Below are positions 39,196-47,647 of a stretch of DNA of 64,000 nucleotides, piece by piece (the stretch's first letter is position 1; each line of letters begins with the position of its first letter). The stretch is taken from positions 224,698-288,697 of IMG/VR virus record IMGVR_UViG_3300020473_000010; one strand, 5' to 3'. The notes beneath the pieces were generated by a model. It did no database searches. It saw only the letters and a list, made by a program, of their open reading frames with translations, and was not told the DNA's origin. Position numbers and translations under genes: made by a program.

Positions 39196-39489
39196 TCAAG
39201 TTATTGATATTAGTTTGTACGTCATTTGGCCATTAAATGGAGCTGATGCTGAAATATACAAATAATTATTCTGATAATAAGCATTAACAGCAATATTAGC
39301 GAATGTCTCTTCTACATTTCTTGTAGCTGAAGCAACTTCATTATAATAATTCTCCGGAGAAGCATCCGTTATAGGTATAACTGATAAATAATAATCTTCT
39401 TCATTGTGATTATCGTTCATGGGATATTCTATGCTGGATTGATTCACGAATTGAATAAAACCCTGTGATATATTAACTGTTTCTGCCAT
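39196..39489 (-). CDS. Small fibre-associated beta protein
   Basis: Start at MAETV; its C-terminus (ISASAPFNG) resembles that of the adjacent gene (LKASAPFTG). Confidence 0.5.
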   Translation of the reverse strand: MAETVNISQGFIQFVNQSSIEYPMNDNHNEEDYYLSVIPITDASPENYYNEVASATRNVEETFANIAVNAYYQNNYLYISASAPFNGQMTYKLISIT

Positions 39490-39490
39490 T

Positions 39491-39814
39491 TTATAAAATC
39501 TCCAATATTTGAAGAAAGACATCACCAGTGAAGGGGGCAGAGGCTTTTAATGTTATTGATGTTGTACTAAGAGCGGATATATATACATTGACTAGACCCA
39601 AATTATCACTTGGAACTTTTACGCCAATTGATACTGGAGGTGCTGATGTATAAGAATTTTGAAAAGAATAAGACTTTGTATCTTCATTAACAAAAGAAAT
39701 TGTTGCAACTTCGATTTTAATTTTTTGGTCAGATTCAAGTTTGTATATTGGTTTCCTTCTGGCAAAAGGATATATCTTTTTCTGACGTTGAATATCTTTT
39801 CTTCTATAACCCAT
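39491..39814 (-). CDS. Small H-type lectin-like / fibre-associated beta protein
   Basis: YSFQNSYTSAPPVSI...VYISALSTTSITL. Confidence 0.5.
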   Translation of the reverse strand: MGYRRKDIQRQKKIYPFARRKPIYKLESDQKIKIEVATISFVNEDTKSYSFQNSYTSAPPVSIGVKVPSDNLGLVNVYISALSTTSITLKASAPFTGDVFLQILEIL

Positions 39815-39822
39815 TATAATAC

Positions 39823-41145
39823 CTATAAAATTGTTGAAGCTACCGAAGCTAAATCACTTCTTTGGCCCCTGCTTAAATTTACATGTGCAGACAAAGGAGA
39901 TTGTCTGAATTTATCTATAACTATGCTTAAACCTGAACTCTGTCTATCAATATATGGAGTATCAATTTGATCAATATCACCCAACAGAACGATTTTACTG
40001 CCCTGACCGATTCTTGTAATTATAGTTTTCAACTGATGAATGGTAGCATTTTGAGCTTCATCTACTATTACAAACGAATTGTTGAAGGTTCTTCCGCGGA
40101 TATATGGAATTGGAGCAATTTCAACATCACCTTTTTCTATCATGAGCTTAAAATAAGAAATATCTTTAAAAGCATGCCTGACATTGTCGAAAATCGGCAT
40201 GAGCCAGGGTGCCATTTTATCTTCCATTGATCCCGGAAGATATCCTAAATCTCTTCCAACCGGTTGCAGAGTTCTTGTAATAACCAGTCTTTCGAATCCA
40301 AAAGATAATTCTTCCGGAAGTTTACTGGATATACCTCCAGATTTTTCTTTCATTCCGGATAAACCTGCCATCAGCGCCAAAAACGTTTTTCCGCTTCCTG
40401 CTATTCCTGTCAGGGTAACTAGCGGAATTGATGGATCCAAAAGTGCCTCTAGTGCAAATGATTGCTCAGCATTCCTTGGTTCAACGGAAATCAGCCCTTC
40501 TAATTTTCTATTAAGCTTATGAGCAAATCCTTTTTTATGGATCCCTAAGAAGGATTTTTGATCGTTTTTACCAATTACAAACTGATTTTCATCTGTAATA
40601 TTTTCTATTTTTAAAAAACCATCATCATAAAATTGGTCAACCTCTGCAGGGTTTAATAGAATTTCACTCCACCCGCTTAAGGTCGATACATCTGAATCGA
40701 TATGGTCTTTGAAGTAATCTTGCGCTTTTACTCCAACAGCATCACATTTTACTCTTAAGTTTATATCTTTCGTAATTACGATAACTGTTTTTTCTTCATC
40801 TTCCATTTGGATGTATTTTGCACATGCAATAATATGGTTATCAGTAGAATTTGAATCTAGCCCTTCTGGCATATATGGCTTTAAAGGCTTTGTAACGAAT
40901 TTAAACCTTATATCATCCTCTGATATTCTCCACCCCGCTTCATCTTTGGGAGCTTCTCTCATTATATCTAGAAATCTATTAATATATCGAGCTGCTTCAC
41001 CAAGTAATCCTTGTTTTTCTTTGAATTTATCTAATTCTTCTAAAATGCACAGTGGAAGAACAATATCGTTACCAACGAATTGATGGATTGCTTCTTTATC
41101 GTAAAGCATTACGGAAGTGTCAACTACAAATATTTTTCTACTCAT
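39823..41145 (-). CDS. phoH: PIN-domain PhoH-family ATPase (YlaK/PhoH2-like)
   Basis: VVDTSV, LEELDKFK, TKDINLR; GIAGSGKT, GYLPG, YIRGRTF, DEAQN, TRIG.GSK...GD..QID. Confidence 0.93.
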   Translation of the reverse strand: MSRKIFVVDTSVMLYDKEAIHQFVGNDIVLPLCILEELDKFKEKQGLLGEAARYINRFLDIMREAPKDEAGWRISEDDIRFKFVTKPLKPYMPEGLDSNSTDNHIIACAKYIQMEDEEKTVIVITKDINLRVKCDAVGVKAQDYFKDHIDSDVSTLSGWSEILLNPAEVDQFYDDGFLKIENITDENQFVIGKNDQKSFLGIHKKGFAHKLNRKLEGLISVEPRNAEQSFALEALLDPSIPLVTLTGIAGSGKTFLALMAGLSGMKEKSGGISSKLPEELSFGFERLVITRTLQPVGRDLGYLPGSMEDKMAPWLMPIFDNVRHAFKDISYFKLMIEKGDVEIAPIPYIRGRTFNNSFVIVDEAQNATIHQLKTIITRIGQGSKIVLLGDIDQIDTPYIDRQSSGLSIVIDKFRQSPLSAHVNLSRGQRSDLASVASTIL

Positions 41146-41158
41146 TCATATTTCCTTT

Positions 41159-41196
41159 ATGTAAAATCTGTTTATATGTGATAAAATTACCACATA
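41159..41196 (+). promoter_or_regulatory. Promoter ATGTAA-N17-TAAAAT overlapped by inverted repeat TATGTG-N10-CACATA
   Basis: Divergent intergenic region; AGGAGG SD follows. Confidence 0.55.
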
Positions 41197-41207
41197 GGAG
41201 GTTCAAC

Positions 41208-41447
41208 GTGAACAAAAAAAACGAAACATGTTTTTCAAAACATAAAAATCTTAATAAATCCTGCCAAGACAAAAGTTGTCGACAATGGATGAATTGTGAA
41301 AATAAATTAAATTGTGCAATAATTGCTGCAAAAGATGGCCCGAGGACTTTGCAAGAAATTGGTGATTTACATGGATTGACTAGAATGCGCATATGCCAAA
41401 TTGAAAAAATTGCTCTAAAAAAAATAAAACTTTTGTATCAAGAATAA
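41208..41447 (+). CDS. Small Cys-rich protein with a sigma70 region-4 HTH (79 aa)
   Basis: AGGAGG then GTG at 41208; RTLQEIGDLHGLTRMRICQIEKIALKKIK. Confidence 0.8.
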   Translation: MNKKNETCFSKHKNLNKSCQDKSCRQWMNCENKLNCAIIAAKDGPRTLQEIGDLHGLTRMRICQIEKIALKKIKLLYQE

Positions 41448-41468
41448 ATATCACCAAAAACAAAAATA

Positions 41469-41484
41469 GGAGCCAAGTGGCTCC
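41469..41484. terminator. Hairpin GGAGCC-AAGT-GGCTCC between convergent genes
   Basis: 6-bp GC stem with a U-rich tail on the - strand. Confidence 0.6.
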
Positions 41485-41514
41485 CATAAATTAAGGTTTA
41501 TTAATTTAATTTGC

Positions 41515-41718
41515 CTAATTTTTTGATGCTTTTCGGTGTTTGTCTAGCTCAACTGTTAATTTAACTAATTCAGCCGATTGGGCCTTCAATAGTCTAAGAC
41601 CTTTGCGGGCGCGAATACCTGCGCTAGCATTTCCGGCAGCGTTTTTATGTACGTCTAAATCAATGCTCTCAATTAGAGTCTTGATTTCTGTCCATTTTTC
41701 TGTTACTGGATTACTCAT
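41515..41718 (-). CDS. Histone H1-like nucleoid protein (Hc1 family)
   Basis: D..K...GNASAGIRARKGLRLLK matches the Hc1 GN.AAG.RARK motif. Confidence 0.75.
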   Translation of the reverse strand: MSNPVTEKWTEIKTLIESIDLDVHKNAAGNASAGIRARKGLRLLKAQSAELVKLTVELDKHRKASKN

Positions 41719-41720
41719 CG

Positions 41721-41957
41721 TTATTCTCCTGTTATTATTGAATTTTGTGGCTTATCAGCCTTGTTGAAAGTTTTAATTAAATTTGTTATTTCTTTCATTT
41801 GGATATTGTTTTCTAATTCTAAAGCTAGCAAAAATATCATTTGTAAAATTTGTTGCTGATTAATTCCGTATTCTAGTACTACCTGAACTATTTCACGGGC
41901 TTTTGCGTTGTCTTCAACTGAAATTTCTTCGTTTGATTTACCAAATATTTTTTTCAT
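41721..41957 (-). CDS. Hypothetical protein
   Basis: 78-aa ORF with coupled start/stop. Confidence 0.6.
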   Translation of the reverse strand: MKKIFGKSNEEISVEDNAKAREIVQVVLEYGINQQQILQMIFLLALELENNIQMKEITNLIKTFNKADKPQNSIITGE

Positions 41958-42415
41958 TAAACTACTCTCTGAATAATATAGGGTTCTATGGCATATTTTC
42001 CACGACCTTTAAAACGTAATAATTTACCTACAGTCTCATCTTTTTCATCTTCACGGTGTAATATAATATGCGAATCCCATTCTTCGTTTTGTAATATGTC
42101 TAAAACATGTTCATAATCTGGTAATTCACAATTATAACTTTCTAAAATAGAGACTAAATTATCTGGTATGAGCATTTTTAAATCAGTTGCTTCTAATACA
42201 GCTCCGACTTCTTTGCCTAATTGAATTTCGGATTTACAAACATCTATAACTTGATGAATTACACCACAGTTATTACATTTAGCGAACTTTGGAATTATTC
42301 CTCCCGAAGTATCAAAAGTAGAATATACTATAAACTTATGATATTTTGGATTCTGTGTTTTTCTAAATTGAGGTAAAACACAGTGACATTCAACTAAATG
42401 CTTGATTCCAGACAC
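41957..42415 (-). CDS. Hypothetical protein with a putative Zn-binding motif
   Basis: ECHC...H...CNNC...H...C. Confidence 0.6.
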   Translation of the reverse strand: MSGIKHLVECHCVLPQFRKTQNPKYHKFIVYSTFDTSGGIIPKFAKCNNCGVIHQVIDVCKSEIQLGKEVGAVLEATDLKMLIPDNLVSILESYNCELPDYEHVLDILQNEEWDSHIILHREDEKDETVGKLLRFKGRGKYAIEPYIIQRVV

Positions 42416-42654
42416 TATTTTGTCTTACCTCTTCCTCTTGGGGTAGAAGTTTTTACTCTGCTAATAATTGTTTGCTGAAGCACTTCATAACCATTGGCGC
42501 CATGAGTAGCAAAGGCTGATTCAATTACGGCAACTACTTTTGTTTTATCGTGCTGATCAGCGCCTAGTTCGGTTAATACTTCTAAAACATCTCTAATTGC
42601 TGTGTCTTTAATAATAGATGTTATATCTTGATATGTTGATAGTATTTTTTCCAT
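42415..42654 (-). CDS. Hypothetical protein
   Basis: GGAGG SD and CATATTTAT motif upstream. Confidence 0.6.
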   Translation of the reverse strand: MEKILSTYQDITSIIKDTAIRDVLEVLTELGADQHDKTKVVAVIESAFATHGANGYEVLQQTIISRVKTSTPRGRGKTK

Positions 42655-42720
42655 ATGAGGTTACCTCCTATAATAAATATGGTCCCTATAGAATAATATG
42701 TTAAATATTTTATTCGTATA

Positions 42721-43920
42721 CTATTCAGGACATAATAAAAATCCGCCTATGGACTCGATTTTGTCCTTGAATGCTTTTGAGTGCTTTAAGGCTGTATTAA
42801 AATGGGAATAGGGGATTTTTCCAATGTTTGTATTTAAAATACCAGATCTTGTATATTCTTGAAATGTCTTAAGTGCGTTATCTAGGTTTTCGAAAATGAT
42901 AGGGTTTTCATTTTTTAAATTTATTTCTATGACCTCAGAGGATAATGAAGAAATTCTTTGTGATAATATTTCTTGTTCATTATGGTCTGTTGAAGATTCT
43001 AATCTAGAACACAACGATCTTAAATGATAATTATCTGTAATATTCGAAGTAATAATTGTTTCCCAATCATCAACAGAAAGATGGGGAGAGAAACCGTGTT
43101 TTTCTGAATCAACAACCGAAAGAGATAGTACATCTCCTAAATTCGAAGAGATAGGGAGAGCACTTGTTATTGAAGCTATATCAATAGAGGTATTAATATT
43201 TTCTACGCTGTTTCCATAAACTACCGGTAATACAGATAAAGATCCTTTAATCCAATTTGCAGCTAAGGTTGAAGAAACCTCTTCGGGGAATGATCTTGCA
43301 ATTAGTAATACATTCCATTTTAGTTCATGTGATTTCGTTAGTAACCTATCAAGTTCCCCTATTGACTGAGGAGCTCCTTCAATTATAATAATTTTGGCAT
43401 CATTTAAATAAAGCGATTTAGATCCAACCGACTTAAAGAAAACAGGATCTAGACCTATAGGAAATTTATTAGCGTTGATTACTTTAATGGTATTACGATT
43501 ATAATTTCCAATTTTTAAATTTATTCTTGCAGTTGAACTTAAAATAGATTTTAATGCTTGAAATATTTTAAGTTCTTCCCCATGCAAAAATTGCGATGAT
43601 AAATTTAATGATGCTTCAGATGTTGCTTTTGAATATGAGATCTTTTTTACATCGTTGTATAAAAATTTTACTAATAATGGCGAAGAACCTGGTGCTTCTT
43701 TTTCCATAGATTGTAGATGATCTAATAATATATTTCTTAATGCTAATTTAGAGCCGGAGCATTGTTGTTCAAAAACCCATCTCATAGTAGAAGGAGGGCG
43801 AATTTTATATATTTTATCTTCGTAATGAATCATTTTATGATGATCCCATATACCGTAACATGAAATCAATAGATTTTTTAACCATGCAGAATTTTGTGCT
43901 GGCTCATAAACTCTTTTCAT
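42721..43920 (-). CDS. Highly diverged GroEL/chaperonin-like protein lacking the GDGTTT ATP motif
   Basis: Apical-domain-like NDAKIIIIEG..QSIGELDRLL......NVLLIARSFPEEVSSTLAAN.IKG.L.V; DIASIT...ISSNLG; LESSTDHNEQEILSQRISSL (cf. GroEL [20 protein letters not shown]). Confidence 0.65.
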   Translation of the reverse strand: MKRVYEPAQNSAWLKNLLISCYGIWDHHKMIHYEDKIYKIRPPSTMRWVFEQQCSGSKLALRNILLDHLQSMEKEAPGSSPLLVKFLYNDVKKISYSKATSEASLNLSSQFLHGEELKIFQALKSILSSTARINLKIGNYNRNTIKVINANKFPIGLDPVFFKSVGSKSLYLNDAKIIIIEGAPQSIGELDRLLTKSHELKWNVLLIARSFPEEVSSTLAANWIKGSLSVLPVVYGNSVENINTSIDIASITSALPISSNLGDVLSLSVVDSEKHGFSPHLSVDDWETIITSNITDNYHLRSLCSRLESSTDHNEQEILSQRISSLSSEVIEINLKNENPIIFENLDNALKTFQEYTRSGILNTNIGKIPYSHFNTALKHSKAFKDKIESIGGFLLCPE

Positions 43921-44165
43921 TAATGAAACCCGTTTGGTTTTGCTCCTAAAGTTGCTAAAAAAGCAGTAAATTTATCAGCTGATTGTTCTATAATTTCGCT
44001 TGTCTTCTTTATTTTTTCCTGCTCTTCAGCTCGATCTAGTGCAACAGCACAGAGTCGTGAAATTACACCTATAGAAAAAGCAATTACACTGAACCAAAAA
44101 GATTGACTATACATAAAAAGGCTAAATATTATTAAGATTTCTGGCATGCCTATGTTTATTTTCAC
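43920..44165 (-). CDS. Small membrane protein
   Basis: Hydrophobic N-terminal segments; coupled to prkA. Confidence 0.55.
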   Translation of the reverse strand: MKINIGMPEILIIFSLFMYSQSFWFSVIAFSIGVISRLCAVALDRAEEQEKIKKTSEIIEQSADKFTAFLATLGAKPNGFH

Positions 44166-46087
44166 GAATCCCTCCAGAGATTATTTGATGCATATGTTAA
44201 AATTTCTTCTGCAGAATCTTCATTATATCCATATTCGTCGACTAGAGTCTGGACCATATCACTATATTTTTTTCTTTGGTCATCATCTCGAGATTTGCTT
44301 TTGGTGACGATTCTTGCCATATCTTTTACCGAATTGATTAAATAAGCTTCAATGGCTTCTTTTAAAGGTTCGTAACTTCTATAATCTACTGTTTCTCCAT
44401 GTCGCATTTTTGCAAACATATATGCAGTAACATCGGATCTAAATCCTTGGCGGGCGGATCCTGAAATTCCTATTACTTCTTCAATTGATTTCATAAATTT
44501 TTCATCGGCGTCGTATTCATCGCCAGTAATTGGATCTTTGATTTTGGATTTAGTTGTATATGCTTCAGCATTATCCAAATACGTATCAAATAAAGATTGA
44601 GCTTGCTCTTCATAGGCTGTAATAAACGCTTTTGCAATTTCGGTTTCTAAGATTCTAAGATATTCTTCTCTAACGGTTTTTTGAATAATTTCTAAACACT
44701 TTTCTCGGAAATCTTCATCTACGATTTGTTCTTTTACCATTTTTGTAAGAGATTTCATAACCCCTATAGGTGTAACACACGCTTTACTCTCATCAGTTAG
44801 TGCATGATCAATTGATTTCATGATAAATCTAGTAGATATTCCTTTCATACCTTCATTTCGTGATTCTTCTTTTAGGTCTTTAATATCAATCTTTTTGACT
44901 CTGCCTTTTTCAATAACTTCTTCTCCGTTGTAAATCTTCATTTTAGTTAAAAGATCACACTTGTTTGAGTGTTTTAATCTACTCATTACAGAAAACATTG
45001 AAGCAACTTTAATAGTATGGGGAGCAATATGCGCATTGAAATCAGATCTACTTAGGATTTTTTCGTAAATTTTAATTTCTTGATCAAGTTCTAAAATGTA
45101 AGGAACATTAATTTTTACAACTCGGTCTAATATAGCTTCGTTAGTATGCTCTGATTTAAATCTATTCCATTCTGATTCGTTACAGTGGGCAAGAATTACT
45201 CCGTCAAAAAAGACCATATCATGTTTTCCAGGGGCAGGTACCCTTTTTTCTTGAGTTGCTGTAATGATTGTATGCAAAAATTCAATTTCGTTTTTGAAGA
45301 CTTCGATTAATTCAACCAATCCTCGATTACCGACGTTGAAAGCACCGGTTAGATTTAATACCCGCGGGTCGTCTTCGGAATATTTATCAAGTTTCGAAAT
45401 ATCTTCTGAACCAATTAAAACTGAAACATCTTGACTATTTGCATCCATGGGTGGGACAGAAGCAATACCTCTACGTCCTCTCTGTGAAAACGAAGCCTGT
45501 ACCACAGGGAAGTTTTCATATTCACCGCTATGCTCATTTAAGAGTTTCCAGCGCGCAATGGGGCTTAAATCACCTTCAATTTTTACACCAAGTAGTTTTT
45601 CGAAATCTTCTCTTAGTGACCTTGGAAGGAGCTGTAAAGGCTCACCACGCTGAGGGTCTCCATCTAAGTGAAAATATTTTTCACCATCTAATGCTTTTTT
45701 AATGTGTTCTGTTAAAGCTGATTTCCCTGCTCCAACTGGGCCCATTAACAGTAGAACTTGTCTAGACTCTTCACCACGTAAAGCTGCTCCTTTAAGAAAC
45801 CTCATTAATTTCTCAATGACATGTTCCATTCCAAAAAATTCTTTGGAAAAATAATCATAAACTCTAATGTTTTCACCATTAAAGATTTTTCTTTTTCTGG
45901 GGTTTTCATCTGACATTATAGAAATACCTTTGGATTCAATGGCATCATATAATCGTTTATGAGCTAGCTTTGCAATCGATGGATTAGATTGAACTAGCTC
46001 TAAATAATCAAGAAAAGTTCCCTCAAATTTCTTTTCCTTTCTCTTGTTTCGTTGTTTTTTAATCAGGTCCAAAAATTTGTTTGACAT
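44162..46087 (-). CDS. prkA: PrkA/YeaG-family AAA+ serine protein kinase
   Basis: FFGME, LLLMGPVGAGKS, D...LIG.EDISKL..YSEDDPR, GNRGLVE.IE.FK, AH.NE.EW..FK...NEA.LDR, EGMKGISTRF. Confidence 0.93.
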   Translation of the reverse strand: MSNKFLDLIKKQRNKRKEKKFEGTFLDYLELVQSNPSIAKLAHKRLYDAIESKGISIMSDENPRKRKIFNGENIRVYDYFSKEFFGMEHVIEKLMRFLKGAALRGEESRQVLLLMGPVGAGKSALTEHIKKALDGEKYFHLDGDPQRGEPLQLLPRSLREDFEKLLGVKIEGDLSPIARWKLLNEHSGEYENFPVVQASFSQRGRRGIASVPPMDANSQDVSVLIGSEDISKLDKYSEDDPRVLNLTGAFNVGNRGLVELIEVFKNEIEFLHTIITATQEKRVPAPGKHDMVFFDGVILAHCNESEWNRFKSEHTNEAILDRVVKINVPYILELDQEIKIYEKILSRSDFNAHIAPHTIKVASMFSVMSRLKHSNKCDLLTKMKIYNGEEVIEKGRVKKIDIKDLKEESRNEGMKGISTRFIMKSIDHALTDESKACVTPIGVMKSLTKMVKEQIVDEDFREKCLEIIQKTVREEYLRILETEIAKAFITAYEEQAQSLFDTYLDNAEAYTTKSKIKDPITGDEYDADEKFMKSIEEVIGISGSARQGFRSDVTAYMFAKMRHGETVDYRSYEPLKEAIEAYLINSVKDMARIVTKSKSRDDDQRKKYSDMVQTLVDEYGYNEDSAEEILTYASNNLWRDS

Positions 46088-46100
46088 AATTCGATTGCTC

Positions 46101-47393
46101 CTAAATTTCATATGGTGCATTATCCACCATCGTTATTAACTTTACTTCGCTTCCCCACAAATGTTTACAATGTTGTACAACTTGGTTGGCGTGTTCTATT
46201 TGAATATCTCTTCCGTCATGTTCATGATGCAAAATTAAGATATGGCCTAAATCAATACTTTCTACGTAAATTGACGGAATAGAATTTCCGCCGATTTGTT
46301 TTAGAAGTCTAGTTTTCACTGATTCCCATCCCTCTTCATCGCTGACATCATCTATTATGTAATTATCGTCCGCAGGGGAAAACGAAAATAAATTTAATTC
46401 TTCACAGTCTTCTCGAGTAAGATATTGTCTAATAAAAGATTCATCATTGTGGACTTCACGGGCTAAAAAGCATTCTTCTAAACCATATCTCTCTTCGATT
46501 TTATTAAATAGATGAAAACCTAAATGATAAGGATTTATTCTCCCAATATGTGGGCGAACTACTTGGTTGTGAGATTTCAAAAAAGGTATATGAAATTCTT
46601 GTGGAAGATTTAATTCATGAAGAATTTTATAATGCCACATACATGCCCAGCCTTCATTCATTGTTTTTGTTCTTATTTGGGGCATAAAATAATATGCAGA
46701 ATCTCTTACAATTGAAATAATATCTTTTTGCCAATCTTCTTGGTTTTCCCCATGGGCTTCAATGAAGCCAAGAAGATCATGTTCGGGATAAGGTGGGATC
46801 AATGTTGGGTCGAAATCTTTTTGATCTAATCTTGCATCTGAATATTTTTTATATTCCTCAGCTAAATCTTGGTAATCAACAGGATGACGAGGGACTTGGT
46901 AAGAAACAGCATGACAAGCATCAATATAATTTTCAACTTTTTCAATACCAATTGCTGGATTTTCAATATATTTCTGGATACGTTTTTTAGCATTACGCAT
47001 TCTAGGAACAACCGTGTCAGCTCTAGTATACATAAAATGGCGGTTTTTCTTAAAAAAATCAGAATGGCCTACACAGTGGGCCATAATAAGAATTTGTAAA
47101 TATAGAGGGTTTTCGCGCATCAAATATGATATACAAGGATCTGAATTAATAATTAATTCATAAGGCAAACCTGTGGCGCCGGCATTGTATTGGCTTCGTT
47201 GAATTTCAAACGATTTGCCATAGGACCAATGTCCATAATGGGTTGGCATGCCGTGATATGACATATTCCCAATCATTTCGTAATAATCGCATGTTTCATA
47301 CGTTATTGGATACCAATCAAGGTTATGCTTCTGTGCAATCTCACAGATTTTTTCATCCCACTCTTGCAGATCTAATAAATCCCAATTACTCAT
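46101..47393 (-). CDS. spoVR: SpoVR/YcgB family protein
   Basis: GMPTHYGHWSYGK, YELIINSDPCISYLM, AHCVGHSDFFK.N, PQIRTKTMNEGWA..WH, NPYHLG. Confidence 0.93.
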   Translation of the reverse strand: MSNWDLLDLQEWDEKICEIAQKHNLDWYPITYETCDYYEMIGNMSYHGMPTHYGHWSYGKSFEIQRSQYNAGATGLPYELIINSDPCISYLMRENPLYLQILIMAHCVGHSDFFKKNRHFMYTRADTVVPRMRNAKKRIQKYIENPAIGIEKVENYIDACHAVSYQVPRHPVDYQDLAEEYKKYSDARLDQKDFDPTLIPPYPEHDLLGFIEAHGENQEDWQKDIISIVRDSAYYFMPQIRTKTMNEGWACMWHYKILHELNLPQEFHIPFLKSHNQVVRPHIGRINPYHLGFHLFNKIEERYGLEECFLAREVHNDESFIRQYLTREDCEELNLFSFSPADDNYIIDDVSDEEGWESVKTRLLKQIGGNSIPSIYVESIDLGHILILHHEHDGRDIQIEHANQVVQHCKHLWGSEVKLITMVDNAPYEI

Positions 47394-47647
47394 AATTTTG
47401 ATACCTCGTATAGGTTTAATATTGGATGATCGGATATTTCTCCAGATGACCATAAAACAGAAACTACATCTGTAAAATCTTCATGATAATCTTGAATCCA
47501 TTTTCCATTTCTTTGTTTGATAGTTTCAACTAACCAAAACGCATTGTATGGTGTAGATGATATTATTATTCCAAAGTCGGTTTTAGTATCTTGGATTTTT
47601 TTATTCCTATAACTCCATCCAGTTCCTACTACGGTTCCTTTTTTCAT
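47390..47647 (-). CDS. Small SH3-like hypothetical protein
   Basis: KKGTVV...FGIII...VSVLWSSGEI; coupled at both ends. Confidence 0.55.
   Translation of the reverse strand: MKKGTVVGTGWSYRNKKIQDTKTDFGIIISSTPYNAFWLVETIKQRNGKWIQDYHEDFTDVVSVLWSSGEISDHPILNLYEVSKL

Noticed and set aside
41177-41196. CRP site (TGTGA-N6-TCACA)
   Set aside because: The second half-site reads TACCA and the real symmetry has a 10-nt spacer, so it is kept only as an unassigned inverted repeat.
41052-41207. N-terminal extension of the 131-aa ORF
   Set aside because: It overlaps phoH on the other strand; the promoter and AGGAGG SD point to GTG 41208.
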